Below the pieces are notes generated by a model, which worked only from the letters and a program-made list of their open reading frames with translations, had not been told where the DNA came from and searched no databases. DNA of 64,000 bases from Vicugna vicugna (taxonomy: Eukaryota): the NCBI GenBank assembly GCA_013265495.1, contig MU058636.1, positions 10,081,066 through 10,145,065 on the forward strand. Reading direction: 5' to 3'. How positions within the stretch are numbered: the stretch's first letter is position 1; the number at the start of each line of letters is the position of its first letter. A program made the translations under genes and the position numbers. Of the stretch, positions 49,095-61,771 are shown piece after piece.

Positions 49095-50384
49095 GTTGAG
49101 ATATTAACATGGGAATTTCTTCCTCACAGAAGCAATGGTGGCAGTTACAGCAATATGGCAGCAGATCAAAGACTGTAACCTCTCAAGGCCTCACCACTGC
49201 CAGCTGCCCCCACGTGCAAGAGCCCCCTTCAGGAAGGCAGTCACCACGCCTCCGCACACAGAAGCATCCTTCCCCGCACACAGCCCCAGGAGCATCTTTC
49301 CCTGCTGCTCTAGCCTCGAAGAGACCAGCACAACTGCAGACAGAGTCCCGAGAGCCCAACCCAGGTGCTCTTGCTATTGCTCAAGTGCCAGGTTTGTCAT
49401 CTCTCCCCCTCCCTGGGGCCCTCATTCATCCTGAGACTGGCAAAGCGCCTCTCACTCGCACCTGGCTGTTCTCATTCAGCACTGAGTGGAACAGGTAAAT
49501 TAGAGGTGCTGGCCACCCACTCTCCCAGGTGAAGCTGTGTCTTCCACAGCCCCATGAGCCTGGTTGACCAGATGGCTGTGCTACAGTTCTCCTCAATTAG
49601 CAGGAAGCAGCAGAGAGGCCAGAGCCTGGGACTCTGGCTGTAATCTCAGTAAGCCAAAGGATGCAGCCCTAACAGAAAATGTTCCCTATCAAGATCAAGG
49701 ATGACCTCTTCACCCAAATCCCATGGACTCACCTGCCAGTAGCCCCACATTTCTTCCTGCCTCAAACCTGAACTCCTAGGGGCCTCTCCTTTCTCTCACT
49801 TACCACTCCCCATCCCCACCTTTGCCCTCAACCTCACTGCCTACTGTTTCACTTTATACTCCAGTCCAGAGAAACTCACAGTCCATGTTTAAAATCAGCC
49901 AGGAGGTAACTCAGGAGACCTCAGGTGTGACTGGAAGAAGAGTTATAAGGCTGGCCTAAGGCAACATGAGAGAAATGTTGGAATGATTCTGTTATCAGAG
50001 TTTTTAATCAGGAAATTCAAGAACTAAAAACTACGCACCTGAGAATATAGCTTACAGAATGGTCACCGGCTAGTCCCTAACTCCTTCGTTTCCCACTGAG
50101 AATCTCTGCCTTCACCCTCTTTCTCCTCAGCTTTTTTTCAGTTCTGGGAGTGACCAGTATCTTTCCAATTAGATATGGGAGCCCAAGTAGGTTTCTCTTG
50201 CCCCCAAAGAGCCTGATGGACGTGCCATTATCAGAACCCTACTCGGATCCCAGCTCCTCCACGAAGCCCCTCTCAGATCCCCTAGCATTCCGCCATCCCT
50301 CATTTGCACGCCATTTATAAATCTTTCACCTCTTGCAGCAATATATACATACACCATACGTGTATGGTCATGCAGAGTCAAGAA

Positions 50385-50500
50385 AAACCTGTGGCATCGG
50401 AAGGACCCACATTTGAACACTGCCTCCACCATTGTTGAACTCTGTCACTGGGGCAAGTCATTTAACTTACTCTCTGAACTTCAGTTTCCTAGGAATAATG
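50385..50500 (+). mobile_element. MIR fragment
   Basis: ggggcaagtcatttaacttactctctgaacttcagtttcct. Confidence 0.7.
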
Positions 50501-51109
50501 TATTTATTATGAAAAATAAACAAACAACAAATAGAAGGAGCCCAGCACACTCTCTGCGAATTACTAGATGTATAACCAGTGTTCCCATCTTTCCGTCTAC
50601 TTGAAGGCCCCTCCCCATTTCGATTGTTCTTGGCTTCTGCCTCTGTATCCGAATACACAGTAGGTGTGCTTTGCCTTAGATGTCAACTGCTGATGCTAAA
50701 CCCTGATCCCAGCCATTCTCGGTGAAATCTTTAGAATCTGGTTTGAGCACCTTTAAATTCTAGGATTACAGTATTTTGACTATAATTTTATTTGCTGTGC
50801 GTTGTATGTGGAGCGAATCTCTCTAACTGTATTTTTAAACCCTTTGTTTTGGTTGCTATTCTATTAATACACAGCTCCAGGAGAGCTAAAAGCCAGGAGG
50901 AGAGAACTATAAGGAATCGGAAGGAGGATAAAATTCCATCCAAGTGTTTAATCACCCAGAGTCAAGTTATTCTTAATGATGATCTAAATCTTCCTTGCTA
51001 TAAATTTAGCCTTATTTTCTATCACACTCTACATGTTGTATAACATACTTGGAGACAGTCTTTGAGCTGCTTTTAAGCTTTTATTTCCAGCTTTTTTACA
51101 TCCTTCTCA

Positions 51110-51362
51110 TAGCAGCTCACGTTTATCAGAGGGTAGGTATAGTCCAAGCACTATGCTAAGCACTTCGCACATATTTTTTCATTTAATTCCTATAACCACT
51201 CTATGAGTATGTCTCATACTCTGTAAGCATTATTATTATCTCTGTTTTACGAATGAGTAAACCTTAAAGAGGTGGTGCAACTTGCCCAGGGTCCCCCAGC
51301 CAGTAACGGATGGCACCAACCAACACTTGAACCTGGGCAGTCTGACACCAGCACCCATGCTG
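51110..51362 (-). mobile_element. MIR SINE, near full length
   Basis: gcactatgctaagcactt...tcatttaattcc...aacttgcccagggtc...ttgaacctgggcagtctgacacc. Confidence 0.85.
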
Positions 51363-51709
51363 CCTCAGAGGTCTGAGTTCCTTCACTTTTAAGGTTTTAA
51401 TGCCCTAGTTGGTCTTTCTCCCATTTCTTTTCAACCATCTTAATAATTGTTCACCAGTATTGATGAGAACCATCCTGATGCTAAGAATGGGAGAAAGATC
51501 TTAGTATCCAAGTGGACCTGTTCACAGCATGGAAGAGCTAACAGAGGGGCATTAAAAAGAGCTTGACTTAATGCAACTAGACAGGTGCTTGAATTACTGG
51601 ACAAAGACAGTGGCTGCTAGAACCCGAAGCCAAAGCCTAACACCGACAAACCATAGCTGTTCATTGATAATAACTCTCATTGGATGAGTACCCGCAATGC
51701 ACAAGATGC

Positions 51710-51815
51710 TTCCTAGCTCCAAGAGCCCTGCAGGATGGCTCTTGCAGATGAGGAAATGGGAATCCAGAGAGATGAACTGGCTTGCCCACAGTCCCACAGC
51801 CACAAGCGGCAGATT
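51710..51815 (-). mobile_element. MIR fragment
   Basis: ttgcagatgaggaaatgg...ccagagagatgaactggcttgcccacagtcccacagc. Confidence 0.7.
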
Positions 51816-53322
51816 TGGTTTTACAGATCTGTTTTACTGGGGCCCCCATCTTAGCTCAGAGCCTGTGTCCTTTCCCCACACACACACGGCTAGCAGAAGG
51901 TTTCTGTCCACGTTTTCTCCAGAACACAATACGAAGAGCGGTCGAAGGCAACACTCCTCGTCTCCCCCAGGGGCCTGGTGGGAGTGCGGGGCACACTCTT
52001 CCTATGATACAGGAACTCACTCCGGCCACATCTACCACCCACACCTCAGCATTGCATTCGTTCATTCACACTTATTTGTGGGTGGGCACCATGATTTTAA
52101 CACTTTTCACTCATAGGAGGTTTAGCAGGTCACGGAGGTGTTTTTACTGTGAAGCTCAGGTGAGCTTGGTAAATGAGTGGCAGCCTAATTCCTAATCTAG
52201 TAATCTCCCCGTTTCCCTTGCTATCTTCAGTCAAAAGTCTGCAGGAGAAAATAAAATGAAATAAAACTGTGTTGCTAGAGATCTTAGTAGAGACAAACTC
52301 AGATCTGATTTCTCCTCTACTTACCTGGGATGCTCTTTCGTCTTTTCACATGATGGTGAGGGGACAGTTTTGCCATGTATCTCATTGGAGTGATGTCCCC
52401 AAATCCAATTTGTAAGAATGCAGTTGTCAAGGTGCCCCTGCATGGCTTCCATCAAACATTGGACACTGAAAGAGCAGGTGTCCAAGTGACTAAAATGACC
52501 ACAATAACCCCCCCAATTTTCTTTGGTCCCCTAGGAGACCATGCAGAAAGGCGAGGAGGTTTATCACATGCCATGATAGAGGAAGCAAACTGCTTAATAG
52601 TAGAGAAAAGATAGAAACATTTTCAAGGGCTTGTAAATGTGGGATCCAAGTTGTTCTCTCCTGGTGGCCTTTGAAATCAAGCCAGCTGCTCAAGCAGAGA
52701 AGAGCCACTGGCCTTCTCACTGGGGTCTATCGGTCAGGCTGCACGCTGGGTGTTCTTTCTGCTGAGACTGAGGGGCTAGCCTGGCATCAATGGCATAAAA
52801 GAGACTTTATTCATGGGAAGCATCCAAAATAGAAATGTTGCTGTAAAAGTAATTAGACTTGAGTTTAAAAGGATCAGTTCCTCATTAAGGGTTTCCCTCA
52901 AAGGCTTTTTACAGGCTTAAAGCTTGAATCTAATCTCCAGTGTCAGATGTGGAAAGGAGGAAGCCCCAGATGCATATTCACAACCTAAGAAGCATGAGCT
53001 CTGGCTTCACCGATAAAGCATAATAAGGATTTTGCTGCACATAAATATATACCCACCGCCGCCCCTCTCCCCGCTAACCGCCCAGAAATGTAGACCCTGG
53101 AGATCAAAGTCAACACTTTGCACTTACAAAAGCTGGAAGAAAACTCTTTTACCATGATTAGAATTATAATTAATTATTCTCAGCAGCCCAAAATATCAAC
53201 CCTTCCCTTCCCACATTCTCTGTAATACCCTCTCAGTATGTACGTTTCCAGCTCTTTCCCGGGTTTGAAGACGCAAAGATAGGTAAGACACATTCCTGCC
53301 CACCAGGAACTCACAGGCTCAA

Positions 53323-53525
53323 GCAGGTTTCTCAAAGTATGTACCCGTTGGCATCCACGTGGAACAGCAGGTTCCTAGGAGGTTGCTGCAAAACACTAGG
53401 CAGCAAGTCGAGTTTTCTGATTCTGTGTGGAACCACCGAATTAGAACTTAATCGGAATCTCTAAGGGGGAGCTCAGGAATCTTTATACAAGACCCTCCTG
53501 GTGATTCTTATGTGCATGAAAGTAG
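53323..53525 (+). mobile_element. MER5-type MITE (degraded)
   Basis: tttctcaaagtatg...aatcggaatctct...caggaatc...acaagaccctcctggtgattcttatg. Confidence 0.65.
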
Positions 53526-53794
53526 TAATTTAAAAGATCTATAAATAATTTGTGATTTTCGTTCTAGTAAAGCTTCAGTTTCTGGGCTTTTGTTTGCAAA
53601 CCCATCTCTTAACAGACCAGAGACAACCACCTCCACTCTCCTTGGGATCTCCGTGGGGTGCTAGGGAGACAGACTTCGCCAGTTGATTATAATAAACCTT
53701 CTTAGAGTCTCCCTTTTCTCAGTAGGTTTTTATACTTCCCATATTTTGCAAGGCCCACCACAAGCTCCCACCTTGTCTACCAGTGGGAAACATT

Positions 53795-54030
53795 CTGGTG
53801 TGGGTAAGAGTGGGAAACATGGTGGCATCTGACCTGGGTTTGAATCCCAGCACTTTCACTCACTGGTTGTGGAACCAGAGGCAAATTCTGGGAACTTCTG
53901 TTTCCTCATCTGTAAAATGGAGATAATAGTACCCAGCTCATACGATCACTCGAATTGAATGAAATAAGGCATACAGAAGGAACATATATGGCTTGGCATA
54001 CAGTAAGCATTTACTAAATGTTATTGTGGT
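53795..54030 (+). mobile_element. MIR SINE, near full length
   Basis: gacctgggtttgaatcccagc...tttcctcatctgtaaaatggagataatagtacc...tggcatacagtaagc. Confidence 0.9.
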
Positions 54031-54476
54031 TACCGAAGTCCTTGGTGGAACCCTTGTGGGTTAATGGCTCAGAGTTCAAAAAATCTCACAAAATGCACAA
54101 CAAGCTAGCCTTTTTCCTGAAGGAGACCTCAAAAGCCATGAAACGTAGGTACCTATGTGAGTGGACAATGATATTCTTCTAAATTGTGCCTTAGAGTCTG
54201 TAAATTATGAGATAGTATAATGTGTGCCTGGGGGAACGGAGGGTGAGCAGTGGTTGTTACGTAAAATGAACATTTTTTAAAAATTCAACTTACAAAACAC
54301 ATACAGGTATATCATACCTGAGGCAAGCCAGATATATAAAAATCCAGATTTATTATGCGTTTCTTTATCAAAAGATAGACATTTAGCTCCCTAAAATATT
54401 TGAATGATTGATTTTATAAAAAAAAAAAACTTTCCAAATGCCATATTTCAAAAGGGTATCTATTATGTAGTTCAAA

Positions 54477-54593
54477 TAGGATTACCAGATTTAGCAAATT
54501 AAAATACAGGATACCCAGTTAGGTTTGAATTTCAGATCAACAAGAAATAATTTTTTATAATAAATATATCCCAGGCAACATTTGGCAATCCTA
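54477..54593 (+). mobile_element. MER53-like hAT MITE (one arm largely deleted)
   Basis: TIRs taggattaccagat / atttggcaatccta. Internal ttagcaaattaaaatacagga...tttgaatttcagat. Confidence 0.85.
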
Positions 54594-55414
54594 ACTACAA
54601 AGAATGACTGTTTTTCTCAGGAGTTCATGGCTTTAATGTAATATCCTTAGTATGTTTTATGTTAGGAAAAGAAAAACCAATCAGCCAGGTAAATTGATAA
54701 AGCTGTGAGTTCTACAAGAAATTAATGAAACCAGACTGATCACAGGGATCAGATTAAAGCTGTTTTTCTTGAAATGCTCAGAAGTTAGAATGTCCCGTAA
54801 GCTGGGAGAAATTCCTGCTATAATCTGTAAATTGAAAAGCACTGTTAGTATCAAAGAAATAAATGGAGGAAAAGTTCACGCAGGAGAAATTAGTTCCGAA
54901 GACCAGGAGCCAAGGTTCATCCTGTAATCTGGGCTCAAGGTTCAAACTTGCTCTTTCACAATGAAGAAAAGTTGACTCTGAGCTTCCTGCCACCAAATGT
55001 GTGATAGCCAACCCCCCGGCACACACTTTCTTTCATTGTTTTTATTCCCTCTAACTTGAGAACAAGTAAAACGCTTTTTCTTTTATTTATAATACTCTTT
55101 GAAGTTTAAAAAAAAATCTCATTTTAGAACTACCAAATAGTTTCCAAGGTGAAAAGTTAAGTAGTTTTGAAATTTTTCAGTCTTTAATAAGCTTTGCATA
55201 GCAGTGGGATGGGAGGTGAAAAATCAAGATTATTTCACGACCTTCCATTATGTTTTATATTTTTTTAAATGCTTCTGCCATTGATGTTCATGCTGGTACA
55301 TTCTTAATTCCTCCCAAATTGGTAGCCATAGCAGTTAAGAAATTATTCCACTGGAAATGAAAGGACTTTAGGGATCAAAGAGAATTAGACAGGGAGGTAG
55401 CAGGAACTACAGCA

Positions 55415-55570
55415 AATCTGGAATCAGAAGCCTTGCTTACATCCCCACCCTGACCACCCACAGGCTGGTGCTACCAGGCAAATCAGTTTCTCTCTCTGGA
55501 CTTCTATGTCCTCATCTGTAAAATAAAGGTTTCCCCCGGGCTTGCTGTGGTCTGAAATTCTGCGATTCTC
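55415..55570 (+). mobile_element. MIR3/MIRc
   Basis: tctggaatcagaag...ggcaaatc...cctcatctgtaaaata...ctgaaattctgcgattct. Confidence 0.7.
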
Positions 55571-55790
55571 AGTTGAGTCACCTGAATTCAGATGGCTCAT
55601 CTTCCACCAAATGTCGTGTTTTGAGAAAATGTCCCCCTTCCCTGTCTCTGGAAGCCTGCTGTATGGATAACACCTCGCTCCATTCTGAGGGTGAACTCAC
55701 GTGATCTTCAGAGACCACTCTAAAGATAACTGTCATAAAGCACAAGAGACTACTAGGAATGGGTAGAAACACAGAAAATGGCTTTAATGA

Positions 55791-56295
55791 CTTAAAATAG
55801 CCAAGACATGGAAGCAACCTAAATGCCCATCAATAGATGACTGGATAAAGAAGCTGTGGTATATTTACACAATGGAATACTACTCAGCCATAAAAAAGAA
55901 TAAAATAATGCCATTTGCAGCAACATAGATGGACCTTGAGATCATCATTCTAAGTGAAGTAAGCCAGAAAGAGAAAGAAAAATACCATATAGTATCATTT
56001 ATATTTGGAATCAAGGGGGGAAAAAAGGAAGACACAAATGAACTTATTTACAAAACAGACAGACTCACAGACAGAGAAAACAAACTTAAGGTCATGCAGA
56101 GTGGGGAAGGGGGTGGGGAGAGATAAATTGGGAGTTCAGGATTTGCAGATACTAACTACTATGTATAAAATAGATAAACAACAAGGTACTAGTATAGCAA
56201 TAGCCTAAAATGAAAAAGAATGTGAAATGTATATGCTATACATGAAAAATTAACACAACCTTGTAAATCAACTATACTTCAATTTAAAAAAAAAA
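55791..56295 (+). mobile_element. Young 5'-truncated L1: ORF2 end, 3' UTR and poly(A), with TSD
   Basis: aatagccaagacatggaagcaacctaaatgcccatc. ORF2 end MDLEIIILSEVSQKEK. Poly(A). TSD agaaaatggctttaa (55773-55787) / aggaaatggctttaa (56295-56309). Confidence 0.95.
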
Positions 56296-58835
56296 GGAAA
56301 TGGCTTTAAATGATCATCACTGTCAAGGAAGGAAGGATGACACCAGGGAAGAAGCATCTCAGAGAGCTGTTGTTAAAACTAAGGCTTGAGCCATCGAAGG
56401 GTGAAAATCCAGAATCAGCAAACACCTTGAGGGAGGGTCAGGAAACCGTAGCCTCTGAGGAACTGCAGGGAAAGGAACTGACCATCAAGACATGGGGAGG
56501 GATGACGGCCACCTCCTCCACTCACGGGGCCCATTGCAGGGCCTCCACCACCCATTCCCTTGCCCCAGCTCAGAAGCTAAGTCCAGCCACCTCTGAGACC
56601 ACCCCTCGGGGCCCCAACTGCAGGTGACTAAAGGTGAGGGCCAAAGCTCAGCTCTGGAAGCCCTCCTCTGCAGTGATCCGATGGCCCAAAGACATTTAAG
56701 GACATACAGCAAAAAAGCACTTTCCCCTCAAATTCCTGAACAAAATTATGTTTAGAAGCGCTAGCCCTCAAAAACAACAAGTATTTTGAGTTATTTCCTC
56801 AAGAGTGGTATGAGTGATGGGGGATGAATCATCAAATGAATAGGCCAACAAACTCCAGCCCTGATATCACTAAATCACCTCCACTCCCATGCACCTGCCC
56901 AGGTCCTCCTCACAGCAACAGGGAAGACAGGTCAGATGTTCCTCCCTTTAGGAGACGTGCACACCAGTAGAACAGGCGAAAAAAAAAAAAAGACAGTCTA
57001 GGACTGAAAAGCTAAAAGGGTAACCCTGGATGGTATCTCTGAACTATAAATAATTTCTTTTATAAGGAACAGACTCATAAGGTGGAACAATAGTATGATC
57101 TCTTAAAAAGATTTCCATCAATATGACTGAGAGAGAATTCAAGTTTCTGTGCTTAGAGGTTGACTGCAGTAATTTGAAAGTGCTTGTCTGGGACAGGTGT
57201 AGTCGGGCAGCTATAAAGCCCCTGACTGTCTCAGTTGATGGTGATAGGACCCTCGGTCCCCTCCACCTGCCACATGAATGAGATGTGCTGAATCTACACA
57301 TGTGTGATTTTGCCCTTCTGCCTATTATACATTGCTGGGCTTATGAAAAGCAAAAGCCGGTATTTCTGAATTGTCAGGGCTCACCCCAAAGGAGGCTCAA
57401 GAGAAAGGAGGTCCAGAGGGGCCCCGGGAAAGTGGGAGCTGCCAGCAAAGGAAAAAGGTTTCTGTTGGAACCCAGAATAATGGTACATTTTTATCCTTCC
57501 ATTGAAAAAATATATCTGTGTCTTATCACTCAGTTCAGCAGAACTCTTTGGAGGAGTTTCCCCCAAGAATTCTTCAAGCTTTCATGCAGTCTACAATCTT
57601 TCAAAGATGAGTATGTCTCATGATTATTTTGCATTTTTAATGTCTGACCAAGATGAGCACTATGTTCCTCCACTGAGTTTAGCATGTATTTTTGGTTAGT
57701 ATCATCTTTACTCTTACTGTCATTTTTAAGAAGAAAATTCTTGCAAGGGACCTCAACAAAAATCTCTTGATCACTTTAAAAAGTGAACCAAACCCCTTGG
57801 ATACTTTGTTGTTGTTTTTAGGTAAGGAGACCTCTTGTGCTTTGGGAATATTTTCATCTTTTCTTGTAAATAAAAGTGCTCAGAGCATCATTGAGGAGTG
57901 CAGTTATCCATCCCCTGTCCTCAAGCTGGATGCTGCATCTCAGGCAGCACATGCTGACGTAACAGCTTGCTCTGGAAATGGAAGACGATGTGGCTGATGG
58001 GCCCGCAGCAACGTGGGAAGATGGATGTGTACAGAGACTTTTCTCAGTATGATATCTGTATTGTGTAGAAACCATCTGCAAGGCCAAGTGTTGCATGCTG
58101 TTCTCTCAGCCTTGTGAAGTTACAAAAAAAAAAATCCACTCTCCACATCTCTCACTGCTGCCCATTGGGTTGGAGCTGTAGATTTCCAGCCATCTGACGG
58201 CTGTCATTCTGCTTGTTTACAAATTCGGCAGCTTTTCAGCAAGGGTCCAGGGTGTCAGAGCTTCCTCTAGGGCCACTCTCGAGGCCATTCCAGAGCAAGG
58301 ACTGTGGGTTCATTCCCTGTCATGCTGAAAGATGTCTGCTGGAGCGTTGAAGCAATCTGGAAGGCTGCTATGGCCTCAGACCGTTTCAGAACTACATCTC
58401 TGATCATTTCGCACATCTGTTAAAATATGGCCTTGGGACCTCCCCACCAGGCAGAAACCAGACCCTCAAGCCCTGACTCCGTCGTGCATTTGATTAGTGG
58501 TCATGGATGGTTACTTGCTTGTTGTGCCTCTAAGTCTCATGAGCTCGTCACCATCATGGACATAAAACAGCAGTGGGCTACACGAGGAACACGTCCTTTC
58601 AGTGTTTGGGATTGTGTTTTGTGGTCTGTTGGTTTTGTCTTGGTGCAGAGTTCCCAGGGTGAGTAAGCGTGCTGGGAACATAGAGGGGCTACGGGAAAGA
58701 GAACCGGCCCTGGAACGGGCTAGGGGTGAGTGAGGATCCCCGCTGTGCAGGTACTGGCGACGTCACCTTGAGTTAGATGCCTCACCTTCACGTGCTTCAA
58801 GTCCTTCAGCGATGGAATAGGAAGGCACGCTTAGG

Positions 58836-59012
58836 CAGTGTGGTTCTCAGCATGCCGTCCCTGGGCTAAGAGCATCAGCCTCACCTGGGAACCTGTTGGA
58901 AACACACATTCTCAGGCTCCACCCCAGAGTGACCGACTCAGAAACTGTAGGGCTGGGGCCCCACAGTCTGTGTTTTAACAAGCCCTCCCGGTGATTCTGA
59001 TGCCATTTGCAA
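58836..59012 (+). mobile_element. MER5A inserted in a degraded MIR
   Basis: gtggttctcag...gcatcagcctcacctgggaacctgttggaaa...tgtgttttaacaagccctcccggtgattctgatgc. Confidence 0.9.
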
Positions 59013-60054
59013 ATCACCCATTTAAGGCCTCTACCACAGTGCTTAGCACACAATAAATCTGAATTTACCCTCGTAGAAATCCTGAATTTCTGAAGGGTTA
59101 TTGATTTGCACCCTAACAGATCAACTAAGCATACTGCTGGGGCCCGGGGGGATCGCCACTCTCAGGAGCAGAACTGTGCACACTCCCTTGTCAATGTGTA
59201 CTTGGTACAAGCGAGCTGAGGCATGGGTCTGAATTGTGAGTGCGTATCGGTATGAATGAAAGTGACCGAGAGGAACAGCAGTCCAGACTCTGCCCACTCT
59301 CACCCCACCCTCCACCCATGCTCCGTGCCAAGTGCGAGGGGTTCTCCTGGCCCTGGAGAGACACAAGGGATACCTCCTGCACCTCTGATGCAGCAAATCT
59401 GGAAATTCCAAGGTTTCATGGGAAGCCACGTGCCTGCCTGCCTTTTTCTTCCTTGTGCGGGAAGCCAGAGAGACCCTCAGGTGAGGCCTCCGATGCCGGC
59501 CATTTTTTTATCAGTAAGTTGGCTGGCTTTCTTTTTGCCTGCAAGTTGCAAAAGAATTTTCTTTTATCCCTTGATGAGAACGATATTCATGTTGTTGTCA
59601 TGGATGCCTGAGGTCCAGAGAATATCACACGACAAATCTGTGGTGCCAGTAAATCATCCTCTGGCCTAAGGCCTCCTCCTCTCATTCCTAAGAGGTGACG
59701 GGGGCTGGACCCGGGGTCACGGGCTGTGACCGGAAAGCATCTTGAGAAGTCATCTCAGAGTATGTGGAAAGGGTCCATCCTGGACCAAAAAAGGGATGAC
59801 TGAGTCCTCCAGAGTAGGGCTCTCTGAAATTTGTTTTAATGGAAAAAAAAAATGGTCTGCTCTGGAGATGGCAAAGGTGAAATATCTCATGTGGCAAATA
59901 TGAAAGTCAAGCACTGGGCAGGAAGGAAGATGTTGCTCATGCAAGGGCTTTCGGGCCACTGACTACACATATCAAATCCAGATGTGGCCTGGAACCTTCA
60001 CCAAACAGTAAGAGGAACCAAACAATCCGCTTCATGTAAATCGAATAAATAAAC

Positions 60055-60430
60055 ATTAATCATCCATTCATTAAACAAACACTCACTGAGCGCACACTCC
60101 ATCCTAAGGCTGTGCGAGGCCCCGGGGACACAATGAAACAGGAGAGACGCAAGAAGGACCCTGACAAGGGAGATGAGGGGGCCGTGCCGGGGGGAGGGGG
60201 CATCCCAGAGGCGGCGAGGCCAAAGCCGGGGTCTGCAGGACCAATGCCTGCACCCAGGCAAGCTGACAGGAACAGGGACAGAAGTGTCCCCCCCCAGGGC
60301 TGGCGCCTCAAAGAGGAGAGAGCGAGGCCCCTCGGCACGGAACGGAGGGGCCAGGGAAAGCTGGTGAAGGAAGCGGGGGGGGGAACGTGTGCAGAAGGAC
60401 CTCGTGGGCGGGCTCGGGGCCGGGCTCAGA
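60055..60430 (-). mobile_element. L2 3' end, unusually GC/CpG-rich
   Basis: catccattcattaaacaaacactcactgagcgc...ggggacacaatgaaacag. The downstream part is less certain. Confidence 0.6.
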
Positions 60431-60464
60431 GGCACGAGTTTGTAAGAAGTGAGCCAACCTCCTC

Positions 60465-60727
60465 AGCGCGGCATGGCGCGGGGTTATGCAGCAGGCGGTG
60501 GATTCTGAACCGGTTCTGAGCTTGAGTTCTATCACTTTCGCGCTTAGTCCTTGGGCCAGTTTCTCAACTTCTCTCGGCTTCTATAGCTCTCTTCTATTAA
60601 AATGAGGGTTTTGTTATCTTCCAGGGTTGCGATAAGGCATGAATGAGATAAATATGCATAAAACGCTCAGCACAGTGTCTGGGAGGCAGCGACCGCTTAA
60701 TAAAATGAGCTGCTGTTGTTATTATCA
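60465..60727 (+). mobile_element. MIR SINE, full length
   Basis: ccttgggccagtttctcaacttctct...aaaatgaggg...aatgagataaatatgcataaaacgctcagcacagtgtctgg. Confidence 0.85.
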
Positions 60728-61423
60728 TCGCCGATGTAATGATTCACTTGTGGTTGGCACAGCCGTTGCCCCTCCCCCCTCCCCGTTAAAGAGCATTCTG
60801 CCCATTTTCCCTCTTCTTCCTCCTTTTGGCCAGGAAGGATGATCATTCTCTGGGGTTGGAGCTAAACAGGTCACGCAGTCTCTCTGAGTTGATGGGGCTG
60901 GACCCTGGATCAGTGGGTGTGGAAGGCGGCTTCTGGATAAATCACCTCCAGGGTGTGCAGAGAGTATCCACCCTGACAAAGAGACCATGGCACGTTCCCA
61001 AGACAAGCGGGTTCCAAGATCTTTTTTAGTGAGAAAAAAATGAGTCTGCTTTGTTGGGGAGGGAGGGGAGTGGAGGTGAAGAAAGATGGGGCACTTGGGA
61101 TGGGAGAGAATCTGGGGAACCGGGGACAGGCTGGGGGAAGGCTGTGGGTGAAAGGAAAGAGGGTGGGAGGGAAGAAGGAATTCAATTAAGAGTTTCACAT
61201 GGACCCCCTTCTAAGTTTTTTTTCTAAAGACGAAAGAATAAAATTCCCTTTTAATTAGTTTGGCTCTTGTTCTGTGTTTCTTTAAAGTTTATTCTACGTG
61301 GAGACGGAGCCATACAGACTCCTTCGCCAGGATTTAGTGGGGTTATGGTATTAATGATGAAAATGGGGATATGAATACCTACCCCCCAGGGCTATTCTTA
61401 GGATTAAATGGGGTAAAGCACAT

Positions 61424-61771
61424 TGTATCCACCAGCTTTCTCTAGATTACGTTGCAAACAACCCCCAAATCTCAGCGGCTTATAACAACAAAGGTTTATT
61501 TCTTGCTCCCGTTACATGTTCTTTGTGGTTTGGCCGCAGGTCTTGATTCTGGAAACCAGACGGCCTGGACTCACCCCTTTCTGGGCCCAGCGGGGCTGGC
61601 ATGGAGGGAAGACAAAAGAGCCCGCAATGACTCCCAGAGCTTCTACGCTGAAGTCTGCCCATCCAATCCCTTTGGCCAAATTAGTCCTACTGTCATCCTC
61701 AGGGTGTGGAGTGTGATGGTCCCACAGGAGGGGCAGCAAGTACTCGGGAACAAAAACAGAATCTGTCCCCA
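61424..61771 (-). mobile_element. MaLR solo LTR (MLT1J-like) inserted in a MIR
   Basis: aacaacccccaaatctcagcggcttataacaacaaaggtttatttcttgctc. MIR sequence before (ggattaaatgggg) and after (gacactgcctggcatgc). Confidence 0.8.

Noticed and set aside
49727..49772. Minus-strand donor CAG|GTGAGT
   Set aside because: No upstream polypyrimidine tract or acceptor, so it is an isolated consensus match.
52459..52485. Inverted repeat TTGGACAC...GTGTCCAA
   Set aside because: An isolated 8-bp stem is expected occasionally by chance.
59985..60160. Possible tail-to-tail L2 pair of the kind that produced miR-28/151/95
   Set aside because: The left arm is barely L2-like and the two sides are not complementary.
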